A stretch of 63,604 nucleotides of DNA, the filler included, from Acetivibrio sp. (GTDB lineage Bacteria; Bacillota; Clostridia; Acetivibrionales; Acetivibrionaceae): the NCBI RefSeq assembly GCF_035371925.1. It is 3 parts of 3 records of this genome, joined end to end, with 100 filler letters (N's around TTAATTAATTAA, not from the genome) between each part and the next. Parts side by side here need not be neighbours in the genome. Positions count along the whole stretch, not along the records: positions 1 to 23,272 come from NZ_DAORXT010000044.1; 2 more parts are not named here. One strand, given 5' to 3'. Positions 8,822 through 18,079 of this stretch are shown here, piece by piece (position 1 is the stretch's first letter; each line of letters opens with the position of its first letter). Below the pieces are notes generated by a model. That model did not search any database, was not told where the DNA came from, and worked only from the letters and a program-made list of their open reading frames with translations. The position numbers and the translations under genes were made by a program.

Positions 8822-9700
8822 ATGAGGTTTGAAGGCGTATATGTAGCCGTTGTTACTCCATTTGAAAACGGAAAAATAGCCGAAAAAGTATATGAGGCGT
8901 ATCTGGAGAGATTAATTAAATCGGGAATAGCAGGTATAATAGTTTGCGGAAGTACGGGAGAATCTTCCATGTTGTCCATGGAGGAGCATATTAATCTATT
9001 CAGGCTCTCCAAGGAAATAGTAGGAAACAGAATACAAGTTATTGCAAACTCCGGGGCAAATTCGACTCATGAAGCTATTTACCTGACTCAAGAGGCTGAA
9101 AAGATAGGGGTTGATGCAGCTTTATTGGTAGTTCCCTATTATGTTAAGCCTACACAAGAAGGTTTATATCTTCACTATAAAGCCATTCATGATGAAACAA
9201 AAAATATTCCTCTGATAATATACAATGTGCCAAGTAGGACAGTAGTGGATATTAAAGTTGAGACAGTTGTAAGATTATCTAAACTGGAAAGATATGTTGG
9301 TATTAAAGAAGCTTCTTCTGATATGGAAAAGGTAAGTATAATGGTATCTCAAACAAAACCTGACTTCAGTGTATTGTCCGGAAATGATGCTACATTCTTG
9401 CCGCTGCTGACGGTTGGAGGGCATGGTGTTATTTCTGTTATAGGAAATATTATGCCAAAAGAATTGGTTGAACTCTATGACAGTGTCAAAAAAGGCGACC
9501 TGGCAAAAGCTTTGGAGATTAACACTAAAATGCTGCCCCTTTTCCAGGCACTTTCCTTCGAAGCAAATCCAATACCTGTAAAATATGCTTTGTATAAGAT
9601 GGGGGAAATATCCAATGAATTGAGATTACCCCTGACTCCATTGAGTGAACCGTATCAGAAAAAAATGGATCAAGTATTAAAAGACTTGTCATTGATATAA
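8822..9700 (+). CDS. dapA: 4-hydroxy-tetrahydrodipicolinate synthase (DapA family)
   Basis: GSTGE, PYYVKP, YNVPSRT, GIKEAS, NPIPVK; ATG 8822 follows GAGGTG. Confidence 0.88.
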   Translation: MRFEGVYVAVVTPFENGKIAEKVYEAYLERLIKSGIAGIIVCGSTGESSMLSMEEHINLFRLSKEIVGNRIQVIANSGANSTHEAIYLTQEAEKIGVDAALLVVPYYVKPTQEGLYLHYKAIHDETKNIPLIIYNVPSRTVVDIKVETVVRLSKLERYVGIKEASSDMEKVSIMVSQTKPDFSVLSGNDATFLPLLTVGGHGVISVIGNIMPKELVELYDSVKKGDLAKALEINTKMLPLFQALSFEANPIPVKYALYKMGEISNELRLPLTPLSEPYQKKMDQVLKDLSLI

Positions 9701-9757
9701 AAGGTTTTATTTTAATATCAATATTTGCAAAGACTTATTTTAAATGGTTAATAGATG

Positions 9758-9805
9758 GTTAATAGGATGATGATTGTTAGTTTTTCAATCATCTATCTTA
9801 TTAAC
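9758..9805 (+). terminator. Stem-loop between dapA and nifB
   Basis: GTTAATAGGATGATGATTG / CAATCATCTATCTTATTAAC imperfect inverted repeat; tandem ATGGTTAATAG x2 at 9744-9765 overlaps its left arm. Confidence 0.5.
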
Positions 9806-9868
9806 TAAACTATTTATTTTAAGAAATTGGGATTTATGTAAATAATTGTTTTGAAAGCAGGTATATAT

Positions 9869-10678
9869 ATGACTGAGGTGTTTCACCCTTGTTTTGATGA
9901 AATTGAATCGGGATGTCGAATTCACTTGCCGATAGCAAATAAATGTAATACTAAATGTAATTATTGCAAGAGGGCATTTTCAAAATATGAAATAAGGCCC
10001 GGTGTCACTGAAAAAATAATAGATGTAAATGATATACCCACCTATGTTAATGAAAGTTTGGAAATATATAATGATTGCAGGATTATTGGAATTGCAGGAC
10101 CGGGTGATCCGCTTGCAAACCCTGATAATACTTTTTCTGCATTTGAAATTATAAATCGGAATTATCCTGATTTCAAAAAATGTATGTGTACAAATGGTTT
10201 TGGGGTAGAAGATTGTGCCGATAAGATAAAAGAAATCGGTATGGATTATATTACTCTCACTATTAATTCTATAAATGTCAGTACTCTTTGCAAAATATAT
10301 AAATTTATTTATTATCGGGGTAAATATTATGAAGGAGAATCTGCAGGACAACTTATTTTGAGATTGCAAAAGGCTGCATTGGATATTTTAACTGGCATTA
10401 AGGGTTTAAAAATTAAAATAAATGTTGTTTTTATACCGGGAGTTAACGATAAAGAAATTAATGATTTGATACAATTTCTTTGTAAATATAAAATTGATAT
10501 AATAAATATTATCCCTCTGCTTTCTGTGAGTGGAACCAGGTTTGAAACGATTGAGCCTTTAACGCATGATGAATTTTGCAAGATTAAGAAAGAGCTTGAA
10601 AACAGGTATCCTGGAGTAAAGTTTAAACGGAGCTGTCAGAGGTGCCGTTCTGACGCGAGAGGAAGAATACATTCATAA
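9869..10678 (+). CDS. nifB: Minimal NifB-type radical SAM cofactor maturase (no NifX domain)
   Basis: HPC, CNTKCNYC, EIRPG, AGPGDPL, TLTIN and CQRCRSDARG are all present. Confidence 0.88.
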   Translation: MTEVFHPCFDEIESGCRIHLPIANKCNTKCNYCKRAFSKYEIRPGVTEKIIDVNDIPTYVNESLEIYNDCRIIGIAGPGDPLANPDNTFSAFEIINRNYPDFKKCMCTNGFGVEDCADKIKEIGMDYITLTINSINVSTLCKIYKFIYYRGKYYEGESAGQLILRLQKAALDILTGIKGLKIKINVVFIPGVNDKEINDLIQFLCKYKIDIINIIPLLSVSGTRFETIEPLTHDEFCKIKKELENRYPGVKFKRSCQRCRSDARGRIHS

Positions 10679-10729
10679 AAGTTTTTAGATTATATCGAAA
10701 AATATATTGTGGTCTAGGAGTGGATTTAG

Positions 10730-11179
10730 ATGATTACATCAAATCGTGAAAAAGTATTAAGAGAACTGATAAGACAAATTGAAGCAAAACTGGGGATACT
10801 GAATGAAATGGAATCTTCATGTTGTGGGGTATCTTTTACACAATGCCATGCAATTACGGAAATTGGTCGCAGTGGCAATATTTCGCTGAGTGAATTGGCG
10901 GAAAAATTAAATGTTGACAACAGCACAATGAGCAAAACCGTTAACAATATTGTCAATAAGGGTTTGGCTAACAGGGAGATAGATCCGAATGATAGAAGAT
11001 ATGTTACCATATCATTAACTGAAGAAGGTAAAAAAGTATTTGAAGAAATAGAGTATACAATGAATAACTATTTCAAAAAAATATACGAAAATATTCCGGA
11101 GAACAAGAGGGAGCAAGTTTTGGAAAGTCTGAAGCTGTTAACGGATGCGATTACAAAAGGTGTTTGCTGTGGTAAATGA
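10730..11179 (+). CDS. MarR family regulator with vicinal Cys pairs
   Basis: wHTH (ISLSELAEKLNVDNSTMSKTVNNIV, DPNDRRYVTISLT); SSCCG, TQCH and C-terminal VCCGK. Confidence 0.88.
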   Translation: MITSNREKVLRELIRQIEAKLGILNEMESSCCGVSFTQCHAITEIGRSGNISLSELAEKLNVDNSTMSKTVNNIVNKGLANREIDPNDRRYVTISLTEEGKKVFEEIEYTMNNYFKKIYENIPENKREQVLESLKLLTDAITKGVCCGK

Positions 11180-11258
11180 TGATGTTTTCAAATGTTCAGT
11201 TTGGAATTTGAGCACGCTACACGCTAAGTATCAATCGAAATTACGAGGTGAGACAGCA

Positions 11259-12080
11259 ATGGTCGTTTCCGACTCTATAGGTGATTATTGCATAATAAAT
11301 CATGAAACTAAGATGATAGATGAACTAAATTTAATTAAAGCAGATAAAATTGTGTATGAAGTTGTGCGTATTGTTAATCGTATACCCCTTTTCCTTGAAG
11401 AACATTTATTACGATTGGAAAAATCATTTTCTTTAATGTGTACACGTTTTATATATGATTTGGAAGTTATAAGAGCGGATATTGAAAAACTAATTTCGGT
11501 CCAAAAATTGGAAAACTGTAATGTGAAGATTGTGGCTACGGTTGTAGATAGCTGTCAGGTGGTTGCAATGTATTTAAGTGAGTTTTATTATCCTAAAATA
11601 GAAGAATACTCGAAAGGGGTATTTGTAAGTCTATTCAACATTGAGAGAGATGATCCGAATATCAAGAAGATTAATACTGATTATATAGATGCTATACACA
11701 AAAGATTAATAGAAACTAAAGCATTCGAGATACTTTTGGTAAATTCGAGCAATGAGATACTTGAAGGCAGCAAGTCCAATATATTTTTTGTTAAAGGAGA
11801 AAAAGTATTTACCGCACCGGATGATCTTGTGTTAAAAGGGATAACAAGAAGTCTTGTAATAAATATTTGCAGCGAATTGGGAATAGATTTGGTAATGAAG
11901 GCTTTACCTGTTAGCGAACTGTCAAATATTGAGGCTGCATTTCTCACGGGAACTTCAATAAAGGTATTGCCAATATCTAAGATAGACAACTATAATTTTT
12001 TGTCTGCTTCAAACAAGATTGTAGTTGATATTATGGAAAAATATGATGAACTTATTAACAACTGTTTAATGAACGGTTAA
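11259..12080 (+). CDS. Class IV PLP enzyme (IlvE/Dat/PabC family)
   Basis: YEVVR, HLLRL, EGSKSNIFF, VLKGITR, FLTGTS; ATG 11259 follows GAGGTG. Confidence 0.82.
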   Translation: MVVSDSIGDYCIINHETKMIDELNLIKADKIVYEVVRIVNRIPLFLEEHLLRLEKSFSLMCTRFIYDLEVIRADIEKLISVQKLENCNVKIVATVVDSCQVVAMYLSEFYYPKIEEYSKGVFVSLFNIERDDPNIKKINTDYIDAIHKRLIETKAFEILLVNSSNEILEGSKSNIFFVKGEKVFTAPDDLVLKGITRSLVINICSELGIDLVMKALPVSELSNIEAAFLTGTSIKVLPISKIDNYNFLSASNKIVVDIMEKYDELINNCLMNG

Positions 12081-12115
12081 TGTAAAGACATTGTTTAAAG
12101 TGGAGCTGATTTTTA

Positions 12116-12907
12116 TTGAATATTATTGTTTGTGTTAAACAAGTGCCGGAAACTGCAAATGTAAAAATCAATAAAGATACCAATACCATTATTCGTGAAG
12201 GCAGCAATAGCATTATAAATCCGTTTGATCTTTATGCAGTAGAAGAGAGTATCAGGATAAGAGAATCTGTAGGAGGCAATGTAACTGCAATTAGTATGGG
12301 AATACCACAAGTGGTAGAATTGCTAAGAGAAGTAATAGCAATTGGAGCAGACAATGCAGTTTTGTTAAGTGATAAAGCTTTTGCCGGCGCTGATACGCTT
12401 GCGACTTCCCGTACCTTGGCAGCAGGTATACGAAAAATCGGTAACTATGATTTAATTATTTGTGGAAGACAATCAACGGATGGAGATACCGCTCAAGTAG
12501 GTCCCAGCCTTGCTGAAAAACTTGGAATACCGCATATAACATGCGTTAGTAAAATTGAAGAAATATCAAAGGATCCTATAAAATGTCACAGGCTTTTGGA
12601 AGACGGATATGAGATTGTTGAAATGCGTTTACCCGGACTGATAACAGTTGTAAAAGAAATCAACGAACCAAGGCTTCCTTCATTATTCGGCTTAAGAAAA
12701 GCTATGCAAGCAGAAATACCCGTCTGGACAGCCAAGGATATTGATATTGATTTTGAATTATGTGGAATTGCCGGTTCACCTACCTATGTATTGGACACAT
12801 TTGCACCTGAGCATCATGTTGAAAATGAAATACTAAACGGAGAGCCTGAACAGCAAGCAAAGATCGTTGCGGATAAACTTATGGATATTTTATACAAAAA
12901 TAGTTGA
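12116..12907 (+). CDS. etfB: Electron transfer flavoprotein beta subunit (EtfB/FixA)
   Basis: IIVCVKQVP, INPFD, AGADTLATS, GRQSTDGDTAQVGP, NEPRLPS. Confidence 0.93.
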   Translation: MNIIVCVKQVPETANVKINKDTNTIIREGSNSIINPFDLYAVEESIRIRESVGGNVTAISMGIPQVVELLREVIAIGADNAVLLSDKAFAGADTLATSRTLAAGIRKIGNYDLIICGRQSTDGDTAQVGPSLAEKLGIPHITCVSKIEEISKDPIKCHRLLEDGYEIVEMRLPGLITVVKEINEPRLPSLFGLRKAMQAEIPVWTAKDIDIDFELCGIAGSPTYVLDTFAPEHHVENEILNGEPEQQAKIVADKLMDILYKNS

Positions 12908-12978
12908 GGATAATTCTGGGCAGTTATTGAACAAATGTTAATTATTCTGACAAAAATTAATGACTTGGAGTGTTTTTA

Positions 12979-14184
12979 ATGGCAAAATTAGAAATTTTGT
13001 CCGACAAATGTGTTAAGTGTTTGCAATGTCTGAATGTATGCCCTTGTAATGCGATAAAAGAAGATAAAAACGTAATTTATATAGATGACAACTGTACATT
13101 ATGTGGCGTTTGTATCTCAAAATGCAGTTTTAATGCGATAAGTCATGATAATTTTGTTACAAGTAAACCCGATATTGATGAATACAGAGGAATATTGATA
13201 TTTGGAGAACAGAGAGACGGAAAGATACCTGGTGTTGTTCATGAATTGTTGGGGGAAGGCAAGCGATTGGCCCGACAATTGGGTACAAATGTATCGGTGG
13301 TACTACTTGGAATTAATACTGATAAAATGATAAGAGAACTTTTTGCATTTGGTGCAGATATAGTTTTTCAAATAGATCATCCGCTTTTGGAATACTTCAA
13401 TGATGAACTGTATGCGGACATAATTACACAGGTTGTACTTCAAAATAAACCGGAGATTTTTCTAATAGGTGCAACCACATATGGAAGTTCATTGGCGCCA
13501 CGCATAGCATCCAGGCTGAATACGGGTCTTACTGCCGATTGCACTTGCTTGGAGGTTGACGTTGAAAAGAGGTTGTTAAAGCAAACCAGACCCGCTTTTG
13601 GCGGAAATTTGATGGCTACAATAATTTGTCCGAACCGCAGACCACAAATGTGTACGGTGCGGCCTAAGGTAATGAGACCTGTAGAGCCTGATTTTGACAG
13701 GGTTGGACAAATTATAAGGCCCGATGTTGTTATTTCTCAGAACTTAAAGGTTAAAAAAATAGGTTTTATCAAGAATAAAGTTCAGAAAGTTAATTTGGCT
13801 GATGCAGATGTTATTGTGTCAGCCGGCAGGGGAATTCAGAAACCTCAGAATCTTGAACTAATTAGAGAATTTGCAGATTGCCTGGGCGCGGCAGTCGGAG
13901 CATCAAGGGCATTGGTGGATGCCGGGTGGATTGAATACAGTCATCAGATTGGACAGACAGGTATAAGTGTCAGGCCTAAAATTTATATTGCTTGCGGAAT
14001 TTCGGGTGCAATACAGCACTTGGCGGGTATGATGTCGGCTAAATACATAATTGCAATTAACAAAGATCCGAATGCACCAATATTTAAAGTTGCAAATTTG
14101 GGTATAGTCGGCGAAATAGAGCGAATTGTTCCGGCACTTATAAAGGAAATGAAAAACAGGAAACAGCAATACATAACTTGTTAG
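12979..14184 (+). CDS. etfA: ETF alpha subunit with N-terminal 2x[4Fe-4S] ferredoxin domain
   Basis: CVKCLQCLNVCP and CTLCGVCISKCS; GLTADCT, QIGQTG, GISGAIQHLAGM, AINKD. Confidence 0.92.
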   Translation: MAKLEILSDKCVKCLQCLNVCPCNAIKEDKNVIYIDDNCTLCGVCISKCSFNAISHDNFVTSKPDIDEYRGILIFGEQRDGKIPGVVHELLGEGKRLARQLGTNVSVVLLGINTDKMIRELFAFGADIVFQIDHPLLEYFNDELYADIITQVVLQNKPEIFLIGATTYGSSLAPRIASRLNTGLTADCTCLEVDVEKRLLKQTRPAFGGNLMATIICPNRRPQMCTVRPKVMRPVEPDFDRVGQIIRPDVVISQNLKVKKIGFIKNKVQKVNLADADVIVSAGRGIQKPQNLELIREFADCLGAAVGASRALVDAGWIEYSHQIGQTGISVRPKIYIACGISGAIQHLAGMMSAKYIIAINKDPNAPIFKVANLGIVGEIERIVPALIKEMKNRKQQYITC

Positions 14185-14215
14185 TTGTTTTGACAGAGGT
14201 TATCCGGAGGTTTAT

Positions 14216-15424
14216 ATGTTAAGGATTGAAGAAGCAAAAGAAATTGTATTGAATAGTGTGGTAAAAGTAGATTCAGAAGTGGTAGATATAACATCTTCGT
14301 TAAACAGAATCCTTGCATGCGATATATATTCGGATATTGACCTGCCTGTTTTTGACAATTCAGCTATGGATGGTTATGCAGTTATTTCATCCGAACTTAA
14401 AGGAGCATCCTCTGAACAGCCTGTATGTCTTGAGATAGTTGGAGAAATCCCTGCAGGATATACTTATTGTGGCAGATTGAAGAATGGAAGCGCTATAAAA
14501 ATAATGACCGGTGCTCCGATTCCTGAAGGAGCTGACGCAGTTGTTCCAATTGAGTATACAAAAGCGGAAGGCAAACTGGTAAAAGTGTTTCGCGGCGTAA
14601 AAGAGAAAGAGAATATCAGATACAAAGGTGAAGATGTAACACGGGGAAAGGTAGTAATTGCGAAAGGCAAAAAATTATCCCCGGTTGATATAGGAATGCT
14701 TGCCGCACAGAATCTTCATACTGTCAGTGTTGCCAAAGCACCCAGTGTGAGTATATTGGCCACTGGAGATGAAATTATCGATATAGGAGAGGAATTGTCA
14801 CCGGGTAAAATAAGAGATATTAATAGTTACAGTTTATATGCGAGTGTCATTAAATATGGGGGAATACCTGTAAGACTAGGTATTGCCAAGGACAATAAAG
14901 ATGCGATATGTAAAAGTATTGAAAAAGGCTTAAATTCGGACATACTTTTAATTTCCGGAGGAGTATCTGTCGGAGACTATGATTTTGTGAAAGAAGTATT
15001 AATAGAAAAGGGAGTAAATATAAAATTTTGGAAGGTTGCCATTAAACCTGGGAAACCGACACTTTTTGGAGTTAAGGGAAATACGTTGGTATTTGGATTG
15101 CCCGGCAATCCGATTTCTACATTGGTAACCTTTAGAGAGTTTGTATTACCTGCTATGTTTAAAATGCAGGGACGGATAGATAACCCAGTTGTCGAACGAT
15201 ATGCAGTTTTAGAGAGTGACATATCTGTAAAATCCGGACGAAGACATTACATTATGGGGCGCATTTGTTACAGGGACGGGACATATTTTACGAAACCTGT
15301 TGGAATTCAGAGCTCCGGTGCACTTAATTCGATGCTGCAATCCAATTGTTTGATAGTTGTACCGGAAGATACAGCTCAAATTAAAAGCGGTGAACGAGTT
15401 TTAGTGCAATTATTGGACGAATAA
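14216..15424 (+). CDS. moeA: Molybdopterin molybdotransferase
   Basis: FDNSAMDGYAV, IMTGAPIP, TGDE, SGGVSVGDYD, KPGKP, GLPGNP. Confidence 0.95.
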   Translation: MLRIEEAKEIVLNSVVKVDSEVVDITSSLNRILACDIYSDIDLPVFDNSAMDGYAVISSELKGASSEQPVCLEIVGEIPAGYTYCGRLKNGSAIKIMTGAPIPEGADAVVPIEYTKAEGKLVKVFRGVKEKENIRYKGEDVTRGKVVIAKGKKLSPVDIGMLAAQNLHTVSVAKAPSVSILATGDEIIDIGEELSPGKIRDINSYSLYASVIKYGGIPVRLGIAKDNKDAICKSIEKGLNSDILLISGGVSVGDYDFVKEVLIEKGVNIKFWKVAIKPGKPTLFGVKGNTLVFGLPGNPISTLVTFREFVLPAMFKMQGRIDNPVVERYAVLESDISVKSGRRHYIMGRICYRDGTYFTKPVGIQSSGALNSMLQSNCLIVVPEDTAQIKSGERVLVQLLDE

Positions 15425-15436
15425 GGAGTAATTGGA

Positions 15437-15964
15437 ATGGTACCGATAGTTTCAGTAGTTGGAAAGAGCAATAGCGGAAAGACTACCCTGATAGAAAAAT
15501 TAATTCCTATTTTAAAAGAAAAGGGATATAAAGTGGGTGCCATAAAGCATGATGCTCATAAATTCGATATAGACCATGAAGGAAAAGATACTTGGAGAAT
15601 GGCCAGGTCTGGGGCAAATACAGTTGTAATAACTTCTATGGAAAAGATAGCTATGATTAAAAATATTGATTGTGAAAAAAACTTGAACGAAATAGCACAA
15701 TGGCTGTTTACAGATGTTGATATCATTATAACTGAAGGTTATAAAAGTATGGATAAACCTAAAATAGAGGTTATACGGTTTGATAATCCTATAACCTCTG
15801 CGGATAATAACCTTATTGCATTAGTTGATAATTTTGCTGATGAAAAGTCTTTCGAGCTGCCGGAAGGCTTTGATAATATTAAGTTGTTCCGTTTTAAAGA
15901 TATAGAGAAAATTGCCGATTTTATTATTCAAAAATTTTTATGCAAAGATTCATCAAAAAGATGA
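15437..15964 (+). CDS. mobB: Molybdopterin-guanine dinucleotide biosynthesis protein B
   Basis: GKSNSGKTTL, IKHDAHKFDIDHEGKDTWR, EGYK. Confidence 0.93.
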   Translation: MVPIVSVVGKSNSGKTTLIEKLIPILKEKGYKVGAIKHDAHKFDIDHEGKDTWRMARSGANTVVITSMEKIAMIKNIDCEKNLNEIAQWLFTDVDIIITEGYKSMDKPKIEVIRFDNPITSADNNLIALVDNFADEKSFELPEGFDNIKLFRFKDIEKIADFIIQKFLCKDSSKR

Positions 15965-15986
15965 AGTTTAGCTTGAGGTATACGGG

Positions 15987-16976
15987 GTGATGAAAATTTT
16001 AATTGATAAATATGGGCGCAAAATTGATTATCTGAGAATTTCAGTAACTGACAGATGCAATTTAAGATGCATATACTGTATTCCCCAATGCGGTGTAACT
16101 CAAGCAATGGAAGAAGATATGCTGAATATAAGAGAAATTGCAAGTTTTGTTAAGGTAGCATTTTTACATGGTATAAGGAAAATAAAAATAACCGGAGGAG
16201 AGCCATTACTAAGAAAAGATATAGTATCTTTAATTTCTTCTATAAAAGAAATTGATTCAGCCATAGACATATCAATGACCACTAATGGAGTTTTGATAAA
16301 AAAATTTGCATCGGAATTAAAAAAAGCAGGACTTAAAAGATTAAACATAAGCTTAGACTCATTATGCTCAGATAAATATAAGAAAATTACAAAGTACGGA
16401 GAACTCAAAGATGTGCTGACAGGCATTGAAAAGGCGATAGAATTGGGATTTTTTCAGATTAAGGTAAACACTGTCATTATAAGGGGTATTAACTTTGAAG
16501 AGATATTGGACTTTGTTCACTTTTCCATGCAAACCGGAATTATCGTTAAATTTATAGAATATATGCCGACAAAAAACAGTCTTGACGGGTATGCAAGAAA
16601 GTTTGTATCTGCCGATGAAATGAAATTACTATGTAATGAGGCTTACAGCCTTTTGCCGACAGTAGTGGAAGGAAACGGACCGGCAAAATATTATGCAATA
16701 TCTGGTACAAATGGGATTATCGGGTTTATTAGTCCACTAAGCCGTAAGTTTTGTTCTGACTGTAATAGAATAAGGTTGACATGTGACGGAAGACTTGTTT
16801 CGTGTCTGTATGCACAGGAATCGATTGATATTAAAAACAGTCTTAGAAATGGGCAAAATATTGACGAGGTTGCTAAACTGTTATTTAGAGCAATTGCAAG
16901 CAAACCGGCAAGCCATAGTTTGATTGTTGAAGATAGACAAATGGATTTCTGTTCAATGATGAGAATAGGAGGATAA
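15987..16976 (+). CDS. moaA: GTP 3',8-cyclase
   Basis: YLRISVTDRCNLRCIYC, TGGEPLLR, FCSDCNRIRLT, C-terminal IGG. Confidence 0.95.
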   Translation: MMKILIDKYGRKIDYLRISVTDRCNLRCIYCIPQCGVTQAMEEDMLNIREIASFVKVAFLHGIRKIKITGGEPLLRKDIVSLISSIKEIDSAIDISMTTNGVLIKKFASELKKAGLKRLNISLDSLCSDKYKKITKYGELKDVLTGIEKAIELGFFQIKVNTVIIRGINFEEILDFVHFSMQTGIIVKFIEYMPTKNSLDGYARKFVSADEMKLLCNEAYSLLPTVVEGNGPAKYYAISGTNGIIGFISPLSRKFCSDCNRIRLTCDGRLVSCLYAQESIDIKNSLRNGQNIDEVAKLLFRAIASKPASHSLIVEDRQMDFCSMMRIGG

Positions 16977-16979
16977 AAT

Positions 16980-17465
16980 TTGACAGAAGAATTGAGCCAC
17001 TTGGATACGGAAGGCAAAGCAAAAATGGTGGATGTTTCGAATAAAGAGCCTTCATTCAGAGAAGCTGTTGCACAGGCTTCGATAGAGATGTCAGAGCAGC
17101 TTATTGAGTTGGTTAAATCAAATAAAGTTGCCAAAGGAGATATTTTTAGTGTGTCAAAATGTGCGGGCATTATGGCTGCAAAACAGACAAGCATGTTGAT
17201 ACCTCTTTGCCATCAAATACCTTTGGATAAAGTAGAATTGGATTTCTACATTGAAAATAACCGTATTGTTATCAGAAGTTTTGCCAGGGCATATTCTAAA
17301 ACCGGAGTTGAAATGGAGGCATTAACTGCGGCATCTGTTGCGGCATTGACAATATATGATATGTGTAAAGCAGTGGATAAAAGCATAGTTATTTCAGAAA
17401 TTAAGCTACTTAAAAAGGTTGGCGGCAAAAGTGGGGAATTTTGCAGGGAAGATTTAAGTAGATGA
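16980..17465 (+). CDS. moaC: Cyclic pyranopterin monophosphate synthase
   Basis: LSHLD...MVDVS, LIPLCHQI, TGVEMEAL, IYDMCKAVD, KVGGKSG. Confidence 0.95.
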   Translation: MTEELSHLDTEGKAKMVDVSNKEPSFREAVAQASIEMSEQLIELVKSNKVAKGDIFSVSKCAGIMAAKQTSMLIPLCHQIPLDKVELDFYIENNRIVIRSFARAYSKTGVEMEALTAASVAALTIYDMCKAVDKSIVISEIKLLKKVGGKSGEFCREDLSR

Positions 17466-17614
17466 ACTGTATTGCTAAGTTATCAACTTTTAAAACCGAT
17501 CAATTGCAAATGATATTAAACCAGTGAAGGCAAAAAAAGGAATGTTATATAGTATCAAAGAAATATACACAAAGGATATGTAAATTTTAAGATAAGAAAG
17601 AGAGGAAGTCCAAA

Positions 17615-18079
17615 GTGGTTGGAAGGGTCTACTCATTGAATATAAGCAAGGTTAAAGGAACTACAAAGCATCCTGTTGCTGAGATAGAAGCAATTGCAAA
17701 TTATGGTTTTGAAGGCGACGCACATTCAGGAAATCATATAAGGCAAATTAGTCTTCTTTCTATAGAAAGTATTATGAAACAGAACAGTATCAACCGGGAT
17801 AATAAAATTGATTTAGTCCTGAAACCGGGTGATTATGCAGAAAATATTACCACACAGGGTATCGATTTGGGGAAACTTGAAATAGGTGATTCTCTGTTGA
17901 TTGGTAAAGATGTAGAATTGAAAGTATCAAAAATAGGTAAGGAATGCCATAATAAATGTGAGATATTTAAGAAAGTTAATAACTGTATAATGCCAAAACA
18001 AGGTTTATTCGCTGTCGTAGAAAAATCCGGCAGAATAAAAATAGGTGATGAAATAAGGGTGAGAAAATGCTTAAAATAG
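17615..18079 (+). CDS. MOSC domain protein
   Basis: GFEGDAH, RQISLL, GDYAENI, GKECH, CIMP. Confidence 0.88.
   Translation: MVGRVYSLNISKVKGTTKHPVAEIEAIANYGFEGDAHSGNHIRQISLLSIESIMKQNSINRDNKIDLVLKPGDYAENITTQGIDLGKLEIGDSLLIGKDVELKVSKIGKECHNKCEIFKKVNNCIMPKQGLFAVVEKSGRIKIGDEIRVRKCLK

Noticed and set aside
3633..10678. Canonical nitrogen-fixation (nif) cluster
   Set aside because: D/K are short and divergent, lack NifD signatures such as HSWDY, and no nifE, nifN, nifV or nitrogen-regulatory genes are present. N2 reduction is not excluded but is unsupported.
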